Part shown: in pieces, positions 27,825 through 37,221 of the stretch
How positions within the stretch are numbered: position 1 is the first letter of the stretch
Layout of the letters: each line of letters starts with the position of its first letter
Translations under genes and position numbers: made by a program
From: Candidatus Eiseniibacteriota bacterium
GTDB lineage: Bacteria; Eisenbacteria; RBG-16-71-46; SZUA-252
Direction of reading: 5' to 3'
Assembly (NCBI GenBank): GCA_031370645.1
Contig: JANMQV010000152.1
Coordinates: 97,020-161,019, forward strand
DNA: 64,000 bases
Notes under the pieces: generated by a model
Told to the model about the DNA's origin: nothing
The model's input: the letters and a program-made list of their open reading frames with translations, nothing else
The model's database searches: none

Positions 27825-28880
27825 GTGAGATTTCTAAGAAAACTGTTCGGCCTGGACCGCCCCGCGGCCCCGGCTCATCGCGGCAAAGACCGCGATTTCG
27901 ATTTGGCTGGTTTGGAACGCTGCGTTCACTACAAGTTCAAGGATCCGGCGCTCGCGCGTCTGGCCATGACCCACCGTTCCTATCTCCACGCGACCCCCGG
28001 ACGCGGCGGAGAGTCGAACGAGCGCCTGGAATTCCTCGGCGACTCGGTGGTGGGTCTCGTGGTGAACGAATTCCTCTTCAAGAAATTCACGAAACTGCGC
28101 GAAGGCGAACTGACGAAGATGAAGTCGCTCCTCGTGAGCCGGGTCATCCTCTCGCGCACCGCGAGTCACATGGGCCTCGGCAAGCACATCCTCTTGAGCG
28201 AAGCCGAAGGCGGATCGGGCGGCCGAAACCGCGCCTCCATCCTCGCCGACACCCTGGAAGGGGTCATCGGCGCCATCTATCTCGACGGCGGCTTGGAGCC
28301 GGCGCAGCAACTGACCGCGCGCCTCCTCCTGAAGGAAGTCCACACGATCCTGGGCGACGCGAATCTGGCGAACTACAAGTCGATGCTCCAGGAGTACGTG
28401 CAGGGCGAGTTCAAGACGCACCCCCAGTACCGCATTTCGAGCGAGAACGGCCCCGACCACCAGAAGCTCTTCACGGTGGAAGTCGTCGTTTCCGGAAAGT
28501 CGCTCGGCCGCGGGCATGGGCAGAACAAGAAGGAAGCCGAGCAGGAAGCGGCCCGCGACGCGCTCCTCCATTTCGAGAAGATGTCGGGGAAGAGCGAGAA
28601 GCGACCGCATTCGACTCGCCCGCATTCCGTTCCCGCCCCCGCCGAGCCCGGTAGTCCCGCGGCGGCGGTGCAGGCCGCCGAGAGCGCGGCCGACCGGGAA
28701 GGGCGCCGCCGGCGCCGCCGGGGAGGCAGGGGTCGCCGTGGTGGACGAGGTCGGGGAGACGGGAAGCCCGACGGTGGAGAGTCCGGATCGTCCAGCTCTT
28801 CCTCGCGGTCGGGCGGAGGCTCCTCGTCGCACGAGCCGCCGGTCACCTCGGGGTCATCGTCCTTGCATGGCGATTCATAG
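27825..28880 (+). CDS. rnc: ribonuclease III with a ~100-aa RGG/Ser-rich C-terminal extension
   Basis: Catalytic ERLEFLGDSV, dsRBD (KSMLQEYVQ...GQNKKEAEQEAARDAL). A tail follows: ...REGRRRRRRGGRGRRGGRGRGDGKPDGGESGSSSSSSRSGGGSSS... GTG start. Confidence 0.92.
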   Translation: MRFLRKLFGLDRPAAPAHRGKDRDFDLAGLERCVHYKFKDPALARLAMTHRSYLHATPGRGGESNERLEFLGDSVVGLVVNEFLFKKFTKLREGELTKMKSLLVSRVILSRTASHMGLGKHILLSEAEGGSGGRNRASILADTLEGVIGAIYLDGGLEPAQQLTARLLLKEVHTILGDANLANYKSMLQEYVQGEFKTHPQYRISSENGPDHQKLFTVEVVVSGKSLGRGHGQNKKEAEQEAARDALLHFEKMSGKSEKRPHSTRPHSVPAPAEPGSPAAAVQAAESAADREGRRRRRRGGRGRRGGRGRGDGKPDGGESGSSSSSSRSGGGSSSHEPPVTSGSSSLHGDS

Positions 28881-28916
28881 CACGGTATAATTCTCACTGT
28901 CGTCTCGATCAGGGGG

Positions 28917-28947
28917 GGAAGGCTCTCGGGCCTTCCTCGTCCCTTTT
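28917..28947 (+). terminator. probable rho-independent terminator after rnc
   Basis: Stem ggaaggc / gccttcc with a 6-nt loop, followed by TCGTCCCTTTTCG. Confidence 0.45.
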
Positions 28948-28970
28948 CGAACCCTTTCGGGAGACGACCC

Positions 28971-30641
28971 GTGCGCGATGATCAAAGACTGAACCAGGCG
29001 ATTCCGCCCCTTGTAGTCGCGCTATTCCTCGCCGCCTTCGCGGTTCCGCAGGCTCACGCCCAGTACCGTCTTCTCCCGCCGACCGACATGACGCTCGTCG
29101 CGCGCTCCTCCTTGGCCGAAGCCGCGGGCGAGCCCGAAGCCGCCATCGCTTGGGCCGAATCGCTCTCCCGTCTGGAGCCTCGGAGCGCTTTCGCCCATGC
29201 CCGCGTGGCGGTCCTTCACGAGGCGATGGGACAGGATTTTGAAGCGCTCGCGTGGGGCGAAAAAGCCCTCGCCTGCGACAGTCTCAATATCGACGCCGCC
29301 ATGCTGGTCGGGCGGATGCGGTTGCGTTCGGGGGAGAGTCAGGGCGCCGTGCAGGTCCTGACGCCCCCGCTACGCCAACTCGGCGCGCCGCCCGAGCTCT
29401 ACGGGCTCCGCGCGCTGGCGCACGAACTCTCCCGCACCTATGACGCCGCGCTCGCGGATCTCAAGCGGACCGACGTCCTGCTCCCCGATTTCGCCTGGAT
29501 CGCCACGGGAATCTTGAGCCTGTCGCTCGAGGACGGCCGGCTGGAGGAAGCGAAGCAAGCCCTTCAGCTGGCCCTCGAGCTCAGGCCGGAAGACGCCCGG
29601 GTCTTGACGCTCGGCGTCTCGCTAGCCCAGAAAACGGAAGATCCGCTCCTCGAGGAAACGCTCCTTCGCGCCCTGGCGCTCCTGCCGGAGACGCGGACGG
29701 CCGATGTCGCCTCCTACAGCGCGTTCCTCCATCGGCACGGGAAAGACGGTGAATTCCGCCAGTTGGTCAAATGGGCGGTTTCAAGGGGACTCGCCGAGGG
29801 TGATCTCCGGATCGAGGCGTCCCGCCAGCTCTTCCAGGCGGGGTTCAACGAAGACGCGATCGCCCTGGTGAAGCCGGTGGACGACCCGAGGGCGACGGCC
29901 CTCCGGGCGCGGGCCTCCGTCTCCATGGGGAATGAGGTCGAAGCACTGACCCAATACCGACGACTCCTCCCCGCCATGGGGATCTCGCGCGAGGAATCGC
30001 TGGTGGTCGCCTACTTGGAAATCCGGAAAGGGGACGAGCGCGTCGGCGTGAATCTCCTCGAGACGGCCCGCTCGTTTGGATTCGACACCCCGCGCCAGGT
30101 CCTGGCGGCGAGCCTGTGCTACGCTCTCCTCGGCCATCCGGACGAGTCGGTGGCCCTGATTCGGGCCAGCGCCGCCCGAGGCATCGCCAGCGCCTCGCTC
30201 TACCAGGAGCTCGGCTCGGCCGCCTCCGCGATGGGGGACAAGCTCCTCGCACAGTGGGCCTTTGAGCGCGTCCGGGAGCTGGGAGGAGAATCGTCGGAAT
30301 GCTTGACCTTCCTCGCCACGACCGATCTGGCCCGTGGGAAGCCCGATCGGGCGGTCCCGCAGCTGGAGCGGGCCATCCAGATCAACCCCAAGAACGGCAA
30401 GGCGTTGCTGATGCTCGGCAGGCTCCGCCGCCAGTGGGGGCAGCTGGAATTGGCGCGGGAGTACCTCCGCCGCGCGGCCGATTGTCCCGAGTCGTCCGGG
30501 GACGCGAACGCGGTTCTGGCGGAAGTTTGCCGGAGCCTCCGCCTCGACACCGAAGCGAAGGAAGCCGCCGCCAAGGCCCGGGCCATCCGGGTTCGGCCGG
30601 CTGCCCCGGGGCTCTCCCTCTTCCAAGGCGAAGCGCGCTAG
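28971..30641 (+). CDS. secreted TPR-repeat protein
   Basis: Signal peptide (VVALFLAAFAVPQAHA-Q). Repeated 34-aa helical A/L/E-rich units along the whole length. GTG start. Confidence 0.7.
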   Translation: MRDDQRLNQAIPPLVVALFLAAFAVPQAHAQYRLLPPTDMTLVARSSLAEAAGEPEAAIAWAESLSRLEPRSAFAHARVAVLHEAMGQDFEALAWGEKALACDSLNIDAAMLVGRMRLRSGESQGAVQVLTPPLRQLGAPPELYGLRALAHELSRTYDAALADLKRTDVLLPDFAWIATGILSLSLEDGRLEEAKQALQLALELRPEDARVLTLGVSLAQKTEDPLLEETLLRALALLPETRTADVASYSAFLHRHGKDGEFRQLVKWAVSRGLAEGDLRIEASRQLFQAGFNEDAIALVKPVDDPRATALRARASVSMGNEVEALTQYRRLLPAMGISREESLVVAYLEIRKGDERVGVNLLETARSFGFDTPRQVLAASLCYALLGHPDESVALIRASAARGIASASLYQELGSAASAMGDKLLAQWAFERVRELGGESSECLTFLATTDLARGKPDRAVPQLERAIQINPKNGKALLMLGRLRRQWGQLELAREYLRRAADCPESSGDANAVLAEVCRSLRLDTEAKEAAAKARAIRVRPAAPGLSLFQGEAR

Positions 30642-30715
30642 GGGCCTCCCGCCCCGGCCTCGCCGTTTCGCCCCCGCCGGCCCCCTTCCGGGCCGGTCAA
30701 CCCTCCATGAATCCA

Positions 30716-30742
30716 GGAACCTGGCCGACACCCCGGGGTAAC
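30716..30742 (+). promoter_or_regulatory. candidate ECF-type (autoregulated) promoter
   Basis: GGAAC (30716-30720), a 17-nt spacer, then GTAAC (30738-30742), ending 6 nt before the ATG of the ECF sigma gene. This would imply a near-leaderless transcript. Confidence 0.2.
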
Positions 30743-30747
30743 AGACG

Positions 30748-31395
30748 ATGAACCCGGAGGATGACGACGTGCCCCTGGAGCTTGTTCGATTGAAACGGCT
30801 CGACAGCCTGGCCGAGCTAAGCGACGAAGACGTCATGGAGCGCTGTGCGACCGGCTCCGAGATCGCCTTCCGCGCTCTCGTGAAGCGCTACCGCGGCCGG
30901 ATCATGAATCTCGTCTCTCGGTTCATCAACGATCGCGACCGCGCGGAGGAGATCTCTCAGGAAGTCTTCCTGCGCGTCTTTCGAAACCGCGAGCGCTACC
31001 GCAAGAGCGGCAAGTTCTCGACGTGGATTTTCACGATCGCCGTCAATTTGACTAAAAACGAAATCCGGAGCCGGGTTCGCCACAAGGGGACCTTTAGCCT
31101 CGACGCCCTGGAAGAAGAAACCGGGGGACAGGGGCTGCCGTATCCGGATACGAATCCCCTCCCCGATGAAGACCTGAGCCGCGGCGAGATCCGCGAAAAG
31201 GTCGCTGAGGCGCTCCGCAAACTTCCCCCTCGTTATCGCGAGGCGGTGGTGCTTCGAGATATCGAGGGAATGAGCTACGAAGAGGTGGGGCAGATCCTCG
31301 GCATTCCCGGCGGGACGGTGCGTTCGCGCATCAATCGCGCCCGGCTGATGCTGAAGGAGCGGCTCAAGCCCTTCCTGACCCTGGAGGACGTATGA
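30748..31395 (+). CDS. ECF (group 4) RNA polymerase sigma factor
   Basis: Region 2 (FRALVKRYRGRIMNLVSRFINDRDRAEEISQEVFLRVF) and region 4 HTH (EGMSYEEVGQILGIPGGTVRSRINRAR). Confidence 0.92.
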   Translation: MNPEDDDVPLELVRLKRLDSLAELSDEDVMERCATGSEIAFRALVKRYRGRIMNLVSRFINDRDRAEEISQEVFLRVFRNRERYRKSGKFSTWIFTIAVNLTKNEIRSRVRHKGTFSLDALEEETGGQGLPYPDTNPLPDEDLSRGEIREKVAEALRKLPPRYREAVVLRDIEGMSYEEVGQILGIPGGTVRSRINRARLMLKERLKPFLTLEDV

Positions 31396-32156
31396 ACTGC
31401 CGGAACGCCGAATCACTCTTCTCCGCCTTTCTCGACGATGAACTCACGCAGGGCGAGAGGCGACATTTCGAGTCGCATCTCCTCGGCTGCCGCCGCTGCT
31501 CGCAGTCGGTCCGCGAACTGAAGGGCGCCATGGCGCTCGTCAACGACGCGGTGACCGCCTCGGCCGTCGAGACGGGGCCCCACTTCGAGGACGATCTGAT
31601 GGATCGCATTCGCTCCGGCGAGGCGATGCGCCCGACCGTGATCGAATGGATCCAGAGCTTCCTCGTGCCCGATCGACTTCGCCCCGTCTTCATCGTCGGC
31701 GCGAGCGCCTGCGCGGTGTTCGTGGCGGTCATCCTGTTCCAGGGCGGCAACAAGAAGGCGGACGACGCGAACGGCCCGGCCATGGCGTCGCACGCCACGG
31801 AGGCTCCGAGTATCGCTTCCACGACCTCGCCCGAGATTTCGACGCCGGCCACGACGCCGGTGGTGACGCCGCCTGCGACCACGCTCGCGAGCGCCGCTCC
31901 CGCACCGTCCACCGCGAAGAGCACGGCACCGCATGCGACCGGCGGCAACGGCATCGTGGAGATCGCGGACCGCGTGGTTCCCGCGAATGGCGGCGAGGGC
32001 GGTTCATCGATTCCGAATCCCGACGCGCAATTCGTCGACGAGTACGTGAACGACAACTTCTTCCTGCAGCGCGGAGCGGTCGTCGCGGATCCGCAGCAGC
32101 CGTCGCTCGTACCCGTCTCGGACAAGGGTTCCGATGGCGTGTACATCGAGTTCTAG
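31392..32156 (+). CDS. zf-HC2 anti-sigma factor (single TM)
   Basis: N-terminal C...H-x3-C-x2-C (CRNAE...HLLGCRRC), TM at FIVGASACAVFVAVILF. ATGA overlap with the sigma gene. Confidence 0.85.
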   Translation: MNCRNAESLFSAFLDDELTQGERRHFESHLLGCRRCSQSVRELKGAMALVNDAVTASAVETGPHFEDDLMDRIRSGEAMRPTVIEWIQSFLVPDRLRPVFIVGASACAVFVAVILFQGGNKKADDANGPAMASHATEAPSIASTTSPEISTPATTPVVTPPATTLASAAPAPSTAKSTAPHATGGNGIVEIADRVVPANGGEGGSSIPNPDAQFVDEYVNDNFFLQRGAVVADPQQPSLVPVSDKGSDGVYIEF

Positions 32157-33357
32157 CCGCTTCCTCCCAGAGCGCGGCGCGGTCCTCCCGGCCCGCCGCG
32201 CTGCGGCGTTTCTAGTCGTCGCGCTCCTCCTCGGCCTCGCGGCTCCCGCGCGCGCCATTGACGATCCCAAGCCGATTCGCGAAGAAGAAGTTGGCATCCT
32301 GAATGGCGTCGACGCGGCCAATCAGAGCGTCGTCACGGTCATCGGCTATCCGATGCGCTACGGCCCGCCGCGCCCCGGCCACAAGCTGAAGCGGCTCATC
32401 GGCACGGCCGTCGTCTCCTCCGAACATCGCCTCATCACGACCGCGAGCATGGCGCTTCCCGGCGGGACGCTCGGCGTCCTCCTCGGGAAGGGCGTGGAGA
32501 AGGAAGCGCATCTCCTCGGCGTGGACCGGAAGTCGAACCTCGCGCTCTTCGAGGTTCCCGACGCCGACCTGAGGGTGCTTCGCCGCGCCTCGCCGCGATC
32601 GCTCGCGGTGGGCGCGTGGGTCGCCGTCATCTCGAACGTCTCGATCACGCGTCCGCAGGCGGCCCTCGGCCGCGTGGCGGGGCGCGGCGAGCGGATCGAC
32701 TTTCCTTTCGCGGGAGATATCGTGGAGATCGACGCGCCGAGCTACCTCGGCGCCACCGGGGCCGCCGTGCTGAACGAAGAAGGCGACTGGGTGGCGGTGG
32801 TGGTCGGACGCGCCGCAACGGCCCCTCCGGCGGGCGCTGGGACGCCCAACGGGGGAACGAGCGCCGAAGAGCCCGCCCAGCCGAACAGCGTGTTGCTCGC
32901 GCTTCCGGTCGATCAGGTGGATCGCATCGCGGCCGATCTGGCCGAGCATGGCGCGGTCCGCCACGCCTTCCTCGGCGTGGGACTTCGCGTCGACCCCAAC
33001 GACACGCTCGGCGTCCGCGTCGTGAAGGTGGCGCCCGGAAGCCCGGCGGAAGCGGCCGGGGTTCGAATCGGCGACCGCATCCTCGCCATCGACGCCGAGG
33101 AGATGCGAACGTCCGACGAGATAACGGCCCTCGTCCGCGGCATGCGGCCGGGGGATGAGATCTCCCTCACGATTCTCCGCGACGAGGAGATTCGCCCGCT
33201 CGTCGCCACGCTCGGCGCCGCCACAGCGGACGCCGTCTCCGGCGCCGTTCCACGCGAGGCGGAGATCAAGGCGCTCCGCGAAAACCTCGACCGGCTGCGC
33301 GATGAATCGCAAAAGGTCGAAGAGCGCCTGAAGGCGCTAGAAACGCCGCGCCGCTAG
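32134..33357 (+). CDS. HtrA/DegP-like trypsin-fold + PDZ protein with a degenerate catalytic triad
   Basis: Signal peptide. HtrA-like blocks are present, but TNxHV reads LITTASM, DLA(V)LK reads SNLALFEV, and GNSGG reads GATGAAV. PDZ domain (VVKVAPGSPAEAAGVRIGDRILAID). C-terminal coiled coil. Confidence 0.7.
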   Translation: MACTSSSSRFLPERGAVLPARRAAAFLVVALLLGLAAPARAIDDPKPIREEEVGILNGVDAANQSVVTVIGYPMRYGPPRPGHKLKRLIGTAVVSSEHRLITTASMALPGGTLGVLLGKGVEKEAHLLGVDRKSNLALFEVPDADLRVLRRASPRSLAVGAWVAVISNVSITRPQAALGRVAGRGERIDFPFAGDIVEIDAPSYLGATGAAVLNEEGDWVAVVVGRAATAPPAGAGTPNGGTSAEEPAQPNSVLLALPVDQVDRIAADLAEHGAVRHAFLGVGLRVDPNDTLGVRVVKVAPGSPAEAAGVRIGDRILAIDAEEMRTSDEITALVRGMRPGDEISLTILRDEEIRPLVATLGAATADAVSGAVPREAEIKALRENLDRLRDESQKVEERLKALETPRR

Positions 33358-33393
33358 TCCCCTCCGCGGCCGTGTGGTAGCCTGCGGGCCGCC

Positions 33394-34392
33394 ATGCGAT
33401 CCTGGCTACTCGCCCTCCTCCTCGTCTCCAGCGTGTCGTGCGGGGGACGTCCGTTCGCGGAGGGATCGAGCCGCGAACTGACCGTCATCACCTCGCTCCC
33501 CAACGACGCCCCCGAAATTCTCCTCCTTCGTGCCATCGTGGAACGAACCGCCATCCGAATCGACGACGAGAAAGCCTACGTCGTTCGCGTGGTGACTCCG
33601 GCGGACAAGAGCGCCTACCGGGCGCGAAACGTCATCGTCGTGGGCTACGGCCCCGCCGGAGCGGTGCCGCGGCCGGCGCGGCGCCTCTACGATCTCCTTC
33701 AGAGCGGAGCGCGTTCGAACGGTTCAGCGAAACGGGCCGGTGCGACGGCGGTCTCCCTCTTCACGCCCGACCTCTGGCTCCGCGGGCAGGCGGCCGGCAT
33801 CATCTGGACCGACACGCGCGAAGCGTGGAGCCCCGCGGTGGCCGCCGAGCAGAATCGCCTCTTCCAGTCGCTCGATCGCGCCACCTTCGCCGGCGTTCGC
33901 GAGCGGATTCTCTCCATGCCGCGGGATGAATCCGCCGAGCGCCAGTTGTCCGAAGCGCTCGGCGTCGCGATGCGTGTCCCGCGCGGCATGAGCCTTCGGC
34001 TCAACGGCCCCGCGCATGCCGCGCTCCTGCTCGAGCAGGGTCCGCCGGCGAGGCTTCTTCGCCTCGCGGTGGCCACCGCGCCGCCCGACGCCGATCCCCG
34101 CCGCGCGCGGGAGTCGCTGGCGATCCGCTTTCGCCCCGACGAGCAGACGCTCGACATCAGCGAGCCGCTCCTCTCGCCCGATGTGATGGCGGGAGCGACG
34201 CGGCAACTCCACGGCCGCTGGGAAGACTCCGAGGTCAGCGCGGCCGGTCCGTTCCGGTACTATGAGGTCACGCGCGGCGCGCTCCGGCTCCAGATCGATC
34301 TGGCCGTGTTCGCGCCGGGGAAGCCGAAGCTTCCTTACCTAAGAGAACTCCAAGCCATTGCCGAGACCGCGGAGCCGTCGCACGGCCCATGA
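33394..34392 (+). CDS. hypothetical lipoprotein (possibly DUF4837-like)
   Basis: Lipobox LLLVSSVS-C. No catalytic motif recognised. Frame has high GC3. Confidence 0.55.
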   Translation: MRSWLLALLLVSSVSCGGRPFAEGSSRELTVITSLPNDAPEILLLRAIVERTAIRIDDEKAYVVRVVTPADKSAYRARNVIVVGYGPAGAVPRPARRLYDLLQSGARSNGSAKRAGATAVSLFTPDLWLRGQAAGIIWTDTREAWSPAVAAEQNRLFQSLDRATFAGVRERILSMPRDESAERQLSEALGVAMRVPRGMSLRLNGPAHAALLLEQGPPARLLRLAVATAPPDADPRRARESLAIRFRPDEQTLDISEPLLSPDVMAGATRQLHGRWEDSEVSAAGPFRYYEVTRGALRLQIDLAVFAPGKPKLPYLRELQAIAETAEPSHGP

Positions 34393-34432
34393 GAACGAAC
34401 CGACGTGACGCCACCGTGCAAGAGAGGGATTC

Positions 34433-35542
34433 ATGCCGACCATCGCCGTGAAGATCCCCGGGCGCCCCGTGCGCTACGCCGTTCGCGTCGAGCGCGGGCT
34501 GCTCGACAAGATCGGCGCGCGCCTGCGCCGCGACGTTGGTATGAAGCCGGGCACCATCGTGGCGCTCGTCACCGACAGGACCGTGGCGCGCCTCTACGCC
34601 GCCCGCGTGGAACGAAGCCTCCGAGCCGCCGGCTACGACGTCCGCCGCTACGTCGTGCCGCCCGGTGAGCCGTCGAAGGATCTCGCCGTGGCGGCGCGTC
34701 TCTTCGAGTGGTGGGCGCGCGACGGCGTGGGGAAAGACGCCCTCGTCGTGGCGCTCGGCGGAGGGGTGGTCTCCGATGTGACCGGCTTCGCCGCCGCCAC
34801 CTTCGGACGCGGCCTCGCGTGGGTCGCCGTTCCCACGACGCTTCTCTCCCAGGCCGACGCCGCCATCGGGGGGAAGACGGGGGTGAATCTGAAGGCGGGG
34901 AAGAACCTCGTCGGCGCCTTCCATCATCCGCGCGCCGTCTACGCCGATCCCGACGCGCTCCGCTCGCTCCCGCGACGCGCCATCCGCTCCGGCCTGGCCG
35001 AGGTCGTGAAGATGGGTGTCGTTCGCGATCCGAGCATTCTCGTCCGCATGGCCTCGCTCCTTCGTCGCGGCCGCGGGCTCGACCCGAGGGCGCTCGCACC
35101 CTTGGTTCGCGCCTGCGCCGTTTCGAAGGCGTGGTTCGTCTCAAAGGACGAACGCGACAAGGGGATTCGCCGCGTGCTCAACTTCGGTCACACCGTCGGG
35201 CACGCGCTCGAAGCATCGGAGGGGTATCGCGCGTTTCACCACGGGGAAGCCGTCGCGGTCGGAATGGTAGCGGCGCTCCGCCTGAGCGTGTTGGAGACAC
35301 GCCTCGATCCGATCGCCGCGCTCCGTGTCGAGTGGATGCTGAAAGCGATCGGCCTGCCGACCGGATTGAAGCGCCCCGTGAAGCCGAGCTTCTGGAAGGC
35401 GGTTCTCCGGGACAAGAAGCGTGGACGCGCGGGCGTCCGAGTGGTATTGTGCCCCGCGATCGGCAAGGCTAAAGTGATTGCGTTGCCGTCGCTTACCCCG
35501 CTGGAGCGGGTGGTCGCCAGCCTGGTTCGTGGCGGATCATAG
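34433..35542 (+). CDS. aroB: 3-dehydroquinate synthase
   Basis: ALGGGVVSDVTGFAAATFGRG, GGKTGVN, LNFGHTVGHALE. Confidence 0.92.
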   Translation: MPTIAVKIPGRPVRYAVRVERGLLDKIGARLRRDVGMKPGTIVALVTDRTVARLYAARVERSLRAAGYDVRRYVVPPGEPSKDLAVAARLFEWWARDGVGKDALVVALGGGVVSDVTGFAAATFGRGLAWVAVPTTLLSQADAAIGGKTGVNLKAGKNLVGAFHHPRAVYADPDALRSLPRRAIRSGLAEVVKMGVVRDPSILVRMASLLRRGRGLDPRALAPLVRACAVSKAWFVSKDERDKGIRRVLNFGHTVGHALEASEGYRAFHHGEAVAVGMVAALRLSVLETRLDPIAALRVEWMLKAIGLPTGLKRPVKPSFWKAVLRDKKRGRAGVRVVLCPAIGKAKVIALPSLTPLERVVASLVRGGS

Positions 35543-35551
35543 AGGAGGCGC

Positions 35552-36754
35552 ATGAGCACGGAAGCGCTCCCCAGCGCAGCAGTTTCCCTGGAGGAAATCG
35601 TCGCCACGGATCCCTCGTCGGCGCTCTACCTGCCGCTCGCGGAGCGACTCCTTTCGCGCGGACAGGTTTCGGAGGCCGTCCGGCTCTGTGAGGACCGCCG
35701 CGCCCGCCCCGGGCGAGGCGTCGGAGATCACATCGTCCTCGGCCGCTGCTATCTGGCCGACGGCCGCCTGGCCGAAGCGCGCGAGCAGTTCCACGCCGCC
35801 CTCGCCCTCGATCGCGAGAACGTCGTCGCGTTGAAGTCGATGGCAGGCATTCTCTCGCACGATGGGCGCCACGCCGAAGCCGCCGATCTCTACCGGGCGG
35901 TTTGCCGCGTCGATGCCGGCGACCTCGAATCGCAATCGGCGCTTCACCAGATCACCTCGGGCGACTATCCCGAGGTGCGTCCGCCGGAAGTGATCGTCTC
36001 GCAGGGCGATCTCCGCTGGCAGCCGGTCCGCCTCACGCGCGAGGAAGATCACCTCTCGGAACTCGGGCTCGGACTTCGCACCTTCGAGTCGCTCGATGCG
36101 GGATCACTTCGCCCCTCGGTGCCGATCGCCGGAATGGCGTCGCCCGGCTCCGCCTCGATTCCAACGATGCCCGCGAATCTGCCGTGGCCGGTCGATCCCG
36201 AGGAGATGATCCTCAGGCCCGAAGAGCTCACGATCGGTCCGCGCTTCCCGCACGAAGCGAATCCCGAACCGCCGACGCCGACTCCCGCGCCGAGGCGTCC
36301 CGAAGTCGTGGTTCCGGCGGGCGCGGTGCCCGACGGCGGACTTCACAACCGGCTCGGCTCTCTCGACGTGCAGGAATTCCAGGTGAGCGCGCTCGAGCGA
36401 ATCGACGATGCCCTTCGGCCTGTGGAAATTCGAGAACTCGGGGAAGTGGCGGCGCCCGATGCGACGGCCCCGCCGCCAATCGTTTCGCCAATCGTTCCGG
36501 CCCTGGAGTCGAAGACTCAGGAAGGGACTCGTCCGCGCATGGCCCCGACGCGTTCCGCCGTCTGGGGCGAGGAGCCCGTTTCGGCCGATTCGTCTCCTCC
36601 CGCCGCGACCCTGAACGAATCGAATCTCGACTCGCCGGCGAGCGAGCCGTCCGCGATCGCCGACTCGGGCGATCCATCGGCGGACCCGCGTCCGATCGTC
36701 GAAGGGAATCGCACCGCGTTCGAGACCTGGCTTCGACGGCTGGGAGGGAAGTAG
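35552..36754 (+). CDS. hypothetical protein: N-terminal TPR-like domain followed by a long Pro/Ser/Ala-rich region
   Basis: About 130 aa of TPR-like helices (LGRCYLADGRLAEAREQFHAALALDRENVVALKSMAGIL), then ~250 aa of low-complexity Pro-rich sequence ending in ...NRTAFETWLRRLGGK. No signal peptide. Confidence 0.6.
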   Translation: MSTEALPSAAVSLEEIVATDPSSALYLPLAERLLSRGQVSEAVRLCEDRRARPGRGVGDHIVLGRCYLADGRLAEAREQFHAALALDRENVVALKSMAGILSHDGRHAEAADLYRAVCRVDAGDLESQSALHQITSGDYPEVRPPEVIVSQGDLRWQPVRLTREEDHLSELGLGLRTFESLDAGSLRPSVPIAGMASPGSASIPTMPANLPWPVDPEEMILRPEELTIGPRFPHEANPEPPTPTPAPRRPEVVVPAGAVPDGGLHNRLGSLDVQEFQVSALERIDDALRPVEIRELGEVAAPDATAPPPIVSPIVPALESKTQEGTRPRMAPTRSAVWGEEPVSADSSPPAATLNESNLDSPASEPSAIADSGDPSADPRPIVEGNRTAFETWLRRLGGK

Positions 36755-36756
36755 GG

Positions 36757-37221
36757 ATGGCGCAGGACGTGTGGGTCCTCCACGGACCGAATCTGAATCT
36801 CCTCGGACGGCGCGAACCGAAGATCTACGGCCGCGACACGCTCGCCGTCATCGATGCGCGCCTGGCGGCGCTCGGAGAAGAACTCGGGCTCCGGGTCACG
36901 TCGTTCCAGAGCAACCACGAGGGAGCCCTGATCGACCGGCTCCAGATCGCCATGGACGAGGCCGACGGCGTCGTCCTGAACGCGGGGGCGCTCACGCACA
37001 CGAGCATGGCGCTCGGCGACACGCTCCGCGCGATGACGATCCCGGTCGTCGAAGTCCATCTCTCCAACCTGTACGCCCGCGAGCGCGAGCGACAGGCGAA
37101 CCTCACGGCGGCGGCCGCGGCCGGCGTCATCATGGGGTTCGGCCCGGTCGGATACGAGTTGGCGCTGCGGGCGCTCTCGGCGCGTTTCCGGCCCCGCCGT
37201 AAGCGAGGGGGGAAGGCATGA
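36757..37221 (+). CDS. aroQ: type II 3-dehydroquinate dehydratase
   Basis: [40 protein letters not shown] 36757 lies inside ORF 35902..37221. Confidence 0.93.
   Translation: MAQDVWVLHGPNLNLLGRREPKIYGRDTLAVIDARLAALGEELGLRVTSFQSNHEGALIDRLQIAMDEADGVVLNAGALTHTSMALGDTLRAMTIPVVEVHLSNLYARERERQANLTAAAAAGVIMGFGPVGYELALRALSARFRPRRKRGGKA

Noticed and set aside
30677-30696. A GC hairpin (ccggccc-ccttcc-gggccgg) after the TPR gene, considered as a terminator.
   Set aside because: It is only 7 bp with no U-tract. It could be a weak attenuator, but this is not supportable from sequence alone.
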